A DNA stretch of 64,000 bases from Selaginella moellendorffii (taxonomy: Eukaryota; Plantae; Lycopodiophyta), in assembly GCF_000143415.4 (NCBI RefSeq), contig NW_003314329.1, positions 577,421-641,420 of the forward strand, read 5' to 3'. The notes under the pieces were generated by a model. The model was given only the letters and a program-made list of their open reading frames with translations. It ran no database searches and had not been told where the DNA came from. The position numbers were made by a program, and so were the translations under genes. Shown here in pieces: positions 1-11,366 of this stretch (the first letter of the stretch is position 1; every line of letters starts with the position of its first letter).

Positions 1-2175
1 GGCCCAGTCTTGGAGAGACGGGATGGTGATGCAAGTGGTATTGGACCACTAGTGCAGCAAAGGTGAATGGGCATGGCCTTAGCGTAACGGGCCGAGACGT
101 CAGTGGTACCTTTGGGTGTCAGTCTTGGGACCGGACACGTGGAGCACTTGGACCAGGTGCAAGTGTTGAGTGGCATGGATGCCATTTTTTGGGCTAGCAA
201 GTCCCAAGTCCTGAATTGGGCTGATGGAGGTTGTGAATGAGACTCCTCCAAGTGGTCGGAGGTGTGGTTAAGTGACTAAAGTAGAATGGAAAAATTAGTC
301 TCTTACAACTTGGTATCGGAGTTGTTCCTTAGTCCGACTTTTATTGGTGCTCAAGTATATCACCATTGATGTTGGCATTGGAAGGTCCTAGGAGTGGGCC
401 TATCCTTGAGGAGTAGCATGTCGAGAGGACATGGCTCTCCACTCAAGTTCATGCGTGAACTTGGGCACGATGTGGTGGATAGAAAAGGGCCAATAATAGA
501 ACGACTTTGGGATCTTGGGAACAGTATAAGGTTTCCTCAGAGAGCTGAGGATGTGATCCAGATGAGCGTTTGATGCAGCAAACGGGCTAACGTAGTTGTG
601 GTGAACAACTATAATTGGGATCACGGGAAAGATGTAGACTCCAAAATAATAAAGGAGTCACAAAATTACCCTCATATAGTTGAGGCCGGTGCTCATAACT
701 TTAAGACCAGAATTGATGACCATGGGAGGTCAAATATAGGAGAGGACACAAGTCCTCGAAATGGTAGCTGAGGTTACCCTTGATAAATGCTGGAACAACA
801 CAAGGAGTTGGGGATGTACTTAGAGGATGAGTTGGTATTCTTATCACATAGACAAGTGGTCCTAAGAGGCAAAAGGCTGCCCTAAGAGAACAAATCAAGT
901 GTCGGAGTAACACTTGCAAAGATGGTCCTTGTGAGTAGGACCTGAATACAAGAAGTTGTATTCCAGTGAGCTGGCACCTCAAAGGTAGGACCTCATGGGT
1001 CGTCGGATGACAAAGTCCAAAAAGCTGGATGACTCCAATAGAGTCAAGGAATAATCCTAAAGGATTGATGGAAGCATTTAGACTGAGGTGTGTGGTACCC
1101 CACGAAGGATGGGGGGGATCATAAGATCCAAGGATGAGAACAGAGGGTATCTCATCGATGGCAAAATGTGCCATGCTAAAGTCGTGGGAAGGGTGTTCCC
1201 AAAAGAAAACAACTTTGAAACAAAGTTGTGTGTGACCTCTATGGTGCAGTGCTAACAGATGGTTGGCATGAGAAAGAGTGGTATTAGTCTTAGCAAAGAC
1301 TTAGACACAAAGAAGAAGTGTCATAGAGGTAGGCTCGTGGAGCCGATGGTGTGGAGACACCAAATGTGCCAAGGTGTGATACCTTGAGGCTATGTTGGTG
1401 GGTTCATGAGAACCCCTTGCCAAAGAAATCCCAATGGAAATGGGAATGGCATAGCCTAAGTTGCAGAGCATGCAGTTGGAGTGTGGTGACCCAGATAATG
1501 ATGGAGGTGTGGAAACACCAGCAATGAGTTGTAGGACTTAACAACTATGAGGCAACTAAGCGAGAGGTGCAAAATAATTGGTTAAATGGGTAGAAAGTAG
1601 CTACCCAAGCCTTCTTAATGGCATAGGGAAGTTGGATATACCCTTACGGGGGATAAGTTGTTTATGTTGCGATATAGTAAGTCAATGTCATGAAAGAAAA
1701 TACTCATTGTCAAGGAAGCCGTCATTGGGACACCCGAACACTCTAGAACACCAGGAGGTGGTGTTTGATGTCGCGAGGGCAATAGATAAGGCCCAAGGGA
1801 CTAAGTCCCTAGCGAATGATGGATAGAAGGTGCTATCCAAATGTCCAAGGTGGCAGAGACAGGAGAAGACTGTCTACTCGAATTGGACAAAGCCAAAAAT
1901 GGAATTTTGGCAAGGCTAGTGATGGGCATGTAAAGGCCCATAAACAACAACGTAATCTCGGTGTGTGGGATTATAGGGTGAGCATACCTGGATTGAGGAA
2001 CCACTCCCTAGGCTATCGAGTAGGTTCATCCCTAAGAATACGTGCTAAGGCATGATAGAAAGTGCAAAGCTATCCTCCTGGTCTAGAGGAGAATGACCAA
2101 AGGAAAGGTGTGAAGCCAAAAGCAAGAAGTAAGGGGGTAGAACCGAACCATCGGAATCGAAGGGCATAACCAAAA
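1..2175 (+). mobile_element. Truncated LTR retrotransposon copy: 3' end of LTR (to 307), PBS (311-321), 5' part of internal region
   Basis: Colinear with 4682-~6855. The LTR ends ...TCTTACA at 307, followed by TGGTATCGGAG. Similarity stops near 2175. Confidence 0.9.
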
Positions 2176-2179
2176 AGGA

Positions 2180-2858
2180 GGTGTCCACTAGCGCTTAGGC
2201 TTATAATGGCGTGTGCCCTCATGCCATTTACTTGATCACCAAATACCTTTTTCCCTTTGCACTAGTATATCTTAATACTGGTCTGAGAAATAGAATGGCA
2301 TGTGCCCTCAGGCCTTTTACTAAATCACCTTTGAAAGAAATGCAAGCCTCTATGTCATAAAAAAAAGATACTAGAGAAATTCCTTAATAATATAAATGTT
2401 ATTTAGTTTCATGAAAATACACTAATGGTCAAATGAGTTAAATGACTTCTCCAGACTAGCAATGCCTCTTGCTACACCTTCACAATTAGATTCGTTAGAA
2501 AAAGATAACATTGAATAATATCTAAATGTTCTCACCATTAAGTTATATGTCTGGCTAATAGGAATGACGTTCATCTTGGAAAGCTCACCACACGCTCAAT
2601 GAACAAACAAATAGTGTGTGCGCGCATGCCATCGCTCTTCTTTAGCTTCAGATTCGGCTTGTTCACCTTGACAATGAGATTTATTATACAACCAGATGGA
2701 CTCAGTCTGGACACAAAGTCACCGCGCTAGTCACCATGCCCCAGATATGTCTAGCCCCTGGACAAAAAACATATAATTTCACGTCATTTTCAAATACTTG
2801 AAAATTTGTACCTAGTCCCATTTTACTGAATAAATCCCACTTTAACGAAATAGAGCTT
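2180..2858 (+). mobile_element. Terminal fragment of the family of the 9.8-17.4 kb ParB-type element
   Basis: Contains the palindrome ATGGCGTGTGCCCTCATGCCAT (2206-2227) plus degenerate copies. Ends in TCCCACTTTAACGAAATAGAGCTT, the same sequence found at ~17384-17407. Confidence 0.7.
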
Positions 2859-3103
2859 AGGTGTACTTTCTTTTCCCATGAAGAGATGTTTTGTCATCAG
2901 TTGTAGTGGTGTTTGATTGTGAATCCTTCACATTCTCAAACACTAAGTGCCTCAATTTCCACCGCACAATGCTTCCAATAGTCAGACTGTTTTCTTCTGT
3001 GTCAACAACCTCTAAAATCGCAACCCCAATATCATCCTAGCCCAATTCTTGATTAGCAACCGCATCTCTTGGATCGACAACTGTGGCTAAGCCCTCAGCT
3101 ACC

Positions 3104-4988
3104 TGTGAGACACAAAATCCCTAGGCCCCAAAGTGGAGCCGGAAGGGCGCCACATGGTAGTGGCCGAAGCGAGAGCCAAACGAGCGTAACACGTTTGGAC
3201 CAAAAGCTCCGACTTGAAAAGTCAAGAGCGGGAGTGGAACTCCCAACAAAGTGCTCGAGGAACGAGCACGAAGCGAGCAAAAGGTGAGGCTCTAAAAAGG
3301 GACCCAAAAGGACCAACACATGACACGTGGGAGTGTCCGAGATGGACTCTAGTTGGAGTCCGAAATGGAGTCCGAGATGGAGTCCGAAGTGGAGTCCGAG
3401 GTGGACCCGAGATGGACCCGAGTTGGAGTCCGAAGTGGAGTCCGAGATGGACCCGAGATGGAGTCCGATATGGAGTCCGAAGTGGAGTCCGAGGTGGACC
3501 CGAGATGGACCCGAGTTGGAGTCCGAAGTGGAGTCCGAGATGGACCCGAGATGGAGTCCGAGATGGAGTCCAAAGTGGAGTCCGAGGTGGACCCGAGATG
3601 GACCCGAGTTGGAGTCCGAAGTGGAGTCCGAGGTGGACCCGAGATGGACCCGAGTTGGAGTCCGAAGTGGAGTCCGAGATGGACCCAAGATGGAGTCCGA
3701 GATGGAGTCCGAGGTGGACCCGAGATGGACCCGAAATGGAGTCCGAGATGGAGTCCGAGATGGACACGAGATGGAGTCCGAGATGGAGTCCGAGATGGAG
3801 TCCGAGATGGAGTCCGAAGTCGAGACCGAGACCGGGACCGAGACCGGGACCGAGACCGGGACCGAGACCGAGACCGAGATCGGGACTGAGACCGAGACCG
3901 AGGCCGAGACCGAGACCGAGCCCGAGCCCGAGTCCGAGTCCGAATCCGAGTCCGAGTCCGAGTCCGAGTCCGAGTCCGAGTCCGGAGCCTGAGAGGGTGA
4001 AAGCCCAAAGCGTTCGTCTCCCAGACCCTGGGGGGTTTGGTGAGCTCCAAAAGTATAGTAGGGGGAGGACTGCAGTGGAGCCAGTTTGGCCAGGAAAGGC
4101 CAGTTTGGCCCAGAAAGGCCGGACCCAGTGTTGGGTGATGAGTTGCCCACTGGGAAGTCCAAGACTAGAGTGAACACGGACCAACAAGCGGGGTAGCTTG
4201 GTGAAGTGTTCAAGAGCCGGCTCTAGTTCCCTCGGGAGATCGACTGGCTGATGCTCCCAGTCCAAGTGTGGGTGGCACTACCTACTTGGATACCAAGTGT
4301 GGCTCAATGGAACCTCGCTCTAAGCCCATGGCTAGAGCACCTAAAGGCGATAGGTGGGGAGAGTACCCAGGTGGCTCGCGTAAGGCCACGGTGTTCCAAA
4401 ATGTTGTCCCAAAGGCCCAGACTGTGGAAAGGAAGAGGAGCAGTCCTCTGGGGTAGTGACCAAGGACACAGTCATGTGGTGAGGAAGTCCCAGAGGACCG
4501 TGGGACTTAGTGGTCGGGCCTGTGGGCCTCGATCCAGTGGCAATGTTGGCAAACACGGCCAGGGGCAGAAAGGGACTTGGTAGGAACTGACAAAGGGACT
4601 TTGGGGAAGGCAATTCCCCAGGTCTGTGGGCATCCTAAGGATGCTAAGGAGTGGATCTAAGATGACCACTCGTGGACACATGGCCCAGTCTTGGAGAGAC
4701 GAGGTGGTGATGCAAGTGGTGTTGAACCACTGGTGCAGCAAAGGTGAATGGGCATGGCCTTAGCGTAACGGGCCGAGATGTCAGTGGTACCTTTGGGTGT
4801 CGGTCTCGGGACCGGACACGTGGAGCACTTGGACCAGGTGCAAGTGTGGAGTGGCATGGATGCCATTCTTGGGGCTAGCAAGTCCCAAGTCCTGAATTGG
4901 ACTGATGGAGGTTGTGAATGAGACTCCTCCAAGTGGTCGGAGGTGTGGTTAAGTGACTAAAGTAGAATGGAAAATTTAGTCGCTTACA
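3104..4988 (+). mobile_element. 5' LTR (~1.9 kb, TG...CA)
   Basis: Starts TGTGAGACACAAAAT and ends CGCTTACA, immediately followed by a PBS. The same boundaries are TSD-flanked in solo copies at 54.6-60.1 kb. Confidence 0.93.
3340..3985 (+). repeat. LTR-internal tandem array: 11-12-bp GATGGAGTCCGA/GATGGACCCGA units followed by 6-bp GACCGA/GTCCGA units
   Basis: Directly visible. It recurs with different copy number near 8880-9415, 17500-17810, 54840-55345, 57630-58100, 59250-59890 and 62890-63190. Confidence 0.97.
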
Positions 4989-4991
4989 ACT

Positions 4992-5003
4992 TGGTATCGG
5001 AGC
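4992..5003 (+). promoter_or_regulatory. Primer-binding site (initiator tRNA-Met type)
   Basis: TGGTATCGGAGC lies 3 nt after the LTR CA end and differs at one position from the canonical TGGTATCAGAGC. Confidence 0.88.
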
Positions 5004-8000
5004 TGTTCCTTAATCCGACTTTTATTGGTGCTCAAGTATATCACCACTGGTGTTGGTAATGGAAGGTCCGAGAAGTGGGCCTATCCTTGAGGAGTAGCAG
5101 GTCAGGAAGACATGGCTCTCCATTACAGTTCATGTGTGAACTTGTAGACAAGGTGGTGGATAGAAAAGGGGCCAATAATGGAACGACTTTGGGATCTTGG
5201 GAACAGTGCAAGGTTTTCCTCATTGAGTTGAGGAGGTGATCCAGATGAGCGTTTGACTCAGCAAACGGGCTAATGTAGTTGGGGTAAACAACTATAGTTG
5301 GGATCACGGGGAAGATAGAGACTCCAAAAACAATAAAGGAGTCACAAGTTTATCCTCACATGGTGGAGGCTGGTGCTCATGAAGGTGAGACCGGAATGGA
5401 TGACCGTGAGAGGTCAAGTATGGATGAGGACACGAGTCCTCGAAATGGTAGCCGGGGCTACCTCTAATAAATCCTGGAACAACCCAAGGAGTTGGGGGTG
5501 TATTAAGTGGATGAGTTGGTATTCTCATCACATGGACAAGTAGTCCTAAGGGGCAAAGTTTGGCCCCAGAGAACAAAATCAAGTGTCGGAGTAACACTTG
5601 TGAAAATAGTCCTTTTGAGTAGGACAGGAATGCAAGAAGTGTATTCCGGTGAGCTAGTGCCTCACAAGTAGGACCTTATGGGTCGGTGAATTAACCAAGT
5701 CCAAAACTGCTAGACGACTCAAGTAGAGTCAAGGGATGGTCCTAAAAGGACTTATAGAAGCATTTGGACTGAGGTGCGTTGTACCCCACAAAGGATGGGG
5801 GGGGATCATAGGATCCAAGGATGAGAACAAAGAGTATCTCATCAATGGCAAAATGTGCCATGCTAAAGTTATGGGAAAGGTGTTCCCAGAAGAAAACAAC
5901 TTTGACACAAAGTTGTGTGTGACCTCTATGGTGTAGTGCTAATGGATGGTTGGCATGAGAAAGAGCGGTGTTGGTCTTGGCAAAGACTTAAACACGAAGG
6001 GGAAGTGTCATAAAGGTAGGCTCGTGGAGCTGATGGTGTGGAGACACCAAATGTGCCAAAGTGTGATACCTTGAGGCTATGTTGGTGGGTTCATGAGAAC
6101 CCCTTGCCAAAGGAATCCCAATGGAAATGGGAATGGCATAGCCTAAGCGGCAGAGCATGCAGTTGGAGTGCGGTGACCCAGATAATGATGGAGGTGTGCA
6201 AGCACCAAGCAATGAGTTGTAGGACTTGACAACTATGAGGCAACTAAGCAAGAGGTGCAAAATAACTGGTTAAACGGGTAGAAGGTAGCTACCCAAGACT
6301 TCTAATATAGGGAAGTCGGATATACCCTTACGGGGGATAAGCTGCTTATGTTGCAATATAGTAAGTCAATGTCATAAAAGGAAATACTTATTGTCAAGAA
6401 AGCCATCATTGGGACACCCAAACACTCTAGAACACCAGAAGGTGGTGTTTGATGTCGCGAGGGCAATGGATAAAGCCCAAGGGACTAAGTCCCTAGCAAA
6501 TGATGGATAGAAGGTGCTATCCAAATGTCCAAGGTTGCGGAGACAGGAGAGGACTGTCTACCCAAGTTAGACAAAGCCAAAAATGGAATTTTGGCAAGGC
6601 TAGTGATGGGCATGTATAGGCCCATAAGCAACAATGTAATCCCAGTGTGTGGGATTATAAGCTGAGCATACCCGGATTGAAGAACCACTCCCTGGGCTAT
6701 TGGGTAGGTTCATCCCTAAGAATACTTGCTAAGGCATGATAGAAAGTGCAAAGCTATCCTCCTGGTTTGGAGGAGAATGACCGAAGGAAAGGTGTGAAGC
6801 CAAAGGCAAGTAGTATTGGGATGGAATTGAACCATAGAAATCAAAGGACATATCCAACAGTGGTTATGAAAGTTGGGAGTGGAGAAGCAAGAGGGTGCTC
6901 GAGGATGTTGTTGCTAGCAACCGTGATGCCATGGAGAGTCTAAAATATGGAATTGTCCATGTTAGACTATATGGCAACTATAAAGCTTGCGAAAGGGGAG
7001 GCCTTAGCAAGCTGAGGGACAGAGTTCCTTCAAGGTTCCCAAAGACGATTCTAGGTAGCGTAGTACCTAGAAAGGCCAAGTGTAAATGGTTTATGGAACG
7101 CGCGAAATCAAAGTGGCACAGCAGAAGCATGGTCTTGAAGCTTGCCATGAGGCAAGGTTATCAAGGTTAGGGAAGTAGTTCCCGAGTGTTCAAAGAGAGG
7201 GCTTTGAACAAAAGTCGATGGTCAAGGACTTTCACGCTTATGCAGGAACCATGTTACAATGGTCGGAGGACTTGCCAAGTGAGATTGGCACGTCGGGGGA
7301 ACAAAGACCCTAGTTGAAGGTGATAACTTCAAAAGGGGTGGGCCATGGGGCCGAGCATGGAGGAGTCCATGCATGATCACAGACATGTCAAGTGAGAGGA
7401 CTTGGCAGTGTGGAGGAACTAGGTTCCTAAGCTGTGATCTGTAGCGCACTTTAAAAATAGGTTGGTGCACCGGCGTGGGGAGTCACGCCAGGCATCTAGT
7501 GTGATGCCGTCCGTAGATGCATATACGGAGGTTGGGTTCGAGTCCCGACCCTCTAGTGCTTGGGTTCGAGTCCCAAATCACTAGGGCGTGGTGATGGTTT
7601 GGAATATGAGGACACTCATATTTCGGTGGTCATGGACTCTCAGTGGGGAGACTGGTTTGGGCACACCGCCAAGCGAGGGATGCCTCGGAGTCGTGATGCA
7701 CGGTTAGATTGCTTAGTGTGAAAGCTCAACATATCTAACTTGAACACTTTGGTGCAAGTGGCACCAAGGTCGTGGTGAGTGAGATGGGGACACCTAATCT
7801 CAGTTGCTATGAACCCTTGGCCGTAAGGGCTAGCTTGGGTGCACCGCCAAGTGTGGGGGATGCCCCCAGGGTTATAGTCAACAACTTGGAGGTCTAGAAA
7901 ACCAAGTACCTCTTGGCAACTCTGTTAATGTGCCAAGGTGAAATCACTAGGTGATCTTATGGCCAGAAAAGGACAAAGTCCTTGGTTGGCTAAGGAATGA

Positions 8001-8813
8001 AGTTCCTGGTTCAAATGTTGAAATTGAACTGTTTAAGGTGGTGTGGCTTGGTCGTGATAACCAAGTGGGAAGAGCACCTAAGGGAAATAAACTATGTCCG
8101 TGCGATGGCATAGTGAGTCCGAGGAAAGTAGTCTCTATAAAAGACCCATGGGAGGGTCACGAAGTTGGGCCGTGGATAGAGCCCATAGCAGAAGATGCTA
8201 AAGAGACGTACTAGGGGTGAACATCCTCCGGACTTGGCAAAGAAGAGTCTTTGCTATGGAACCGAAACAATACCTCAAGGAGGGAGGTAGAGATTCGATG
8301 TTGCTTGGTGCAACAATCAACGGATAGGAGCAAAAGATGAGTGGCCAAGATAGGGCCGTGGAATCCCTTGGAAGGAATCCAAGTGACAAAGTTAGGCGAG
8401 GAACACTAATGTGTTGGACGCTAACAAGTTGCGGGAAAGGAAGTGTGTTTTCAAGGAGGGATTCCGAATTGCTTCGATTTGGCGAAAGTGGAAGCTCCAA
8501 GGGAGGGAGCGGTAAGGTAGCCAAATGATAGGGCGATGGACAGCCCTAGCACAAAGTGTGATAAATGGAACTTAGTGCCCAAGGTGGCACAAAATAGAAG
8601 AGAGGATGATGGTGCCCTCAAGTAATGAACTTCCTAGGATAGGGAAGTGGAGTCGCACAATCTGTGCAATGCAAGGTGTTGGAGACACCTAGGAAATTGA
8701 CTCCAAGAAGTCAAAATTCAAAGTTCCAAAGTGCAAAGGTTATATCGATGGAAATTGAGACTACTCGAGAAGGAGTAGTGGGATTGACTTAGAGAAGGGT
8801 CTCTAAGAGGTTT
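5004..8813 (+). mobile_element. Internal region of the LTR element, no recognisable gag/pol ORF (non-autonomous, LARD-like)
   Basis: Only short ORFs, and no RT, RNase H or integrase motifs were recognised. Homologous DNA lies at 322-2175, 44340-45385 and 60300-61925. Confidence 0.75.
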
Positions 8814-9805
8814 AGCGAGCAAAAGGTGAGGCTCCAAAAAGGGACCCAAAAGGACCAACACATGACACGTGGGAGTGTCCGAGATGGACTCTAGTTGGAG
8901 TCCGAAATGGAGTCCGAGATGGAGTCCAAAGTGGAGTCCGAGGTGGACCCGAGATGGACCCGAGTTGGAGTCCGAAGTGGAGTCCGAGATGGACCCGAGA
9001 TGGAGTCCGAGATGGAGTCCGAAGTGGAGTCCAAGGTGGACCTGAGATGGACCCGAGTTGGAGTCCGAAGTGGAGTCCGAGATGGACCCGAGATGGAGTC
9101 CGAGATGGAGTCCGAGGTGGACCCGAGATGGACCCGAAATGGAGTCCGAGATGGAGTCCGAGATGGACACGAGATGGAGTCCGAGATGGAGTCCGAGCTG
9201 GACCCGAGATGGACCCGAGATGGAGTCCGAGATGGAGTCCGAGATGGAGTCCGAGATGGAGTCCGAAGTCGAGACCGAGACCGGGACCGAGACCGGGACC
9301 GAGACCGAGACCGAGACCGAGATCGGGACTGAGACCGAGACCGAGGCCGAGGCCGAGACCGAGCCCGAGCCCGAGTCCGAGTCCGAGTCCGAGTCCGAGT
9401 CCGAGTCCGACTCCGGAGCCTGAGAGGGTGAAAGCCCAAAGCGTTCGTCTCCCAGACCCTGGGGGGTTTGGTGAGCTCCAAAAGTATAGTAGGGGGAGGA
9501 CTGCAGTGGAGCCAGTTTGGCCAGGAAAGGCCAGTTTGGCCCAGAAAGGCCGGACCCAGTGTTGGTGATGAGCTGCCCATTGGGAAGTCCAAGACTAGAG
9601 TGAACACGGACCGACAAGCGGGGTAGCTTGGTGAAGTGTTCAAGAGCCGGCTCTAGTTCCCTCGGGAGATCGACTGGCCGATGCTCCCAGTCCAAGTGTG
9701 GGTGGCACTACCTACTTGGATACCAAGTGTGGCTCAATGGAACCTCGCTCTAAGCCCATGGCTAGAGCACCTAAAGGCGATAGGTGGGGAGAGTACCCAG
9801 GTGGC
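8814..9805 (+). mobile_element. Partial 3' LTR (first ~170 bp and PPT deleted, 3' part truncated)
   Basis: Near-identical to 3272-4375 apart from array copy number. Similarity ends abruptly at ...GTACCCAGGTGGC. Confidence 0.9.
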
Positions 9806-10314
9806 CATGCCATGTCAGCGATCCACGCCAAGATTATTCGCCGTGTAAAGGAATAATTATGCTGTGTGTGTACGTCCATTTATGGCAATATAAGGCCACA
9901 CGCCATTCAAAGAATAATGCTAGTCGAGCATTTTTTGGATCATTTTTGGGTTCAAAATTGCATGAGCCCACACGCTATAAAGTTTACCTGTACCAAAAAT
10001 AAAAACAGCTTTATTTACTTGGGAATTTAAGTGGTTGAGGCACTTTTAAACTTACAAACACATGCCCTACTTACATTCCTTTGGTTGCTTAAAATTCAAA
10101 AATATTATAAACCTTTCTTTTTGCATTTTCAATGTTTTCAATTATGGTTTTTGATTTTCGCAGGACCAGCCTAGTAATCTATTTGCATCCCGTCATGTTT
10201 ATAGCTAGCTTTCGTTTGTCCCCTTCACTAGCCTGAGACACATCTGCTCGGCATCGGCCTCTCACAGCATTTGCCCAAAAAGGGCATCTTTCTTCACGCA
10301 GCATTTGCCACATG

Positions 10315-10333
10315 TTTAGGGTTTAGGGTTTAG
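10315..10333 (+). promoter_or_regulatory. Telo-box / plant telomere-type repeat (TTTAGGG)x2.7
   Basis: TTTAGGGTTTAGGGTTTAG. Confidence 0.6.
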
Positions 10334-11366
10334 CAATTCAGTAGCTTGATAAACATGCAAATACAGAACTTGATGCAAAATCCTTTGATATGTCAGGACC
10401 ATAAACACATTTCAATAGAGGGTCCTTTCATTTCATAACTCCTTACGTAGATCTTGGTGAAACCAGAGTTAGTGAAGTTGGTTTCTTGTGATCCCGCATC
10501 TGATTGTGATGTCCCTTTGCAGTGTCGATGGAAAGGTCAATGCACACCAAACTGTAGAATCTTGGAGCAAAATAACGGTCGGATCTATAGCAAATGCCCT
10601 TGAAACATTGTAAGGCTCGTGTGGTCTCATTTGGTGTCCGATCGAGATGCTTCTTTGTAGGGTCATCAAGAAGGACATTGTATACCATTCTTTATTTAGC
10701 TGAACATCTGGCATTTTTGGAAATACAAGATGCTTTGGAATATCCAATCATGCATGGTATAAATATAGCGAGGGTATTAAATGATATCCCAATCATGATC
10801 TTTCTTTTGGATTTTGCGTGCATGCAGTCCGAGGAATGATGACGTTGCGGATTTCTTTTGGATTTCACGTACATGCATGTGCGCGGCAATCCAGAAATTA
10901 ATGGTGGCGCCCAAGTCCGAGGAATGATGACGTTGCGGGATTACCAACCATCGTGACATTTCACACGTGTGAGGTTAGGTTTTGCATTTTGCTTCGTACT
11001 AGCGCTCGCACACTCGCGCTCGCATTGCGCTCCCACTCGCGATCACGCTCACATTCGCGCTCATCTACCTTCTCTACAGGTTTCTCGTGTGCATCGGCAT
11101 CCACTCGCGCTTGCATCACACTCGCGCTCGCATCGCGCTCGTGTGCATCGGCGTCCACTTCAAGACACACCCAGTTTGTAACTTCGCCGCCAACTCCGCC
11201 GCCCACTCCGCCACCCACACGCAGCCCACTTGGCGTCCCGGGAGATTTCAGCGCCACTCTCCAACTGTAAGTGGCAGAGTAGCCTTGCTGCTACGATCCG
11301 CTGCACACATAGTGCACATTCGCCAGCGAGTCCGGCCTCGATTGTCACACCTCCATTCGGCTTCAA

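Noticed and set aside
3095-4265. Long ORFs in all six frames (SR-, ES- and GL-rich), also at 8.7-9.7, 54.8-55.6 and 57.3-60.2 kb
   Set aside because: They are artefacts of the stop-free LTR minisatellite, not proteins.
7490-7560. tRNA gene
   Set aside because: A T-arm is present, but there is no convincing acceptor stem or D-loop/A-box. It is reported only as a structured region.
7951-8214. Possible chromodomain or integrase tail ('ELFKVVWLG..DPWE')
   Set aside because: The resemblance is too weak and no integrase core was recognised upstream.
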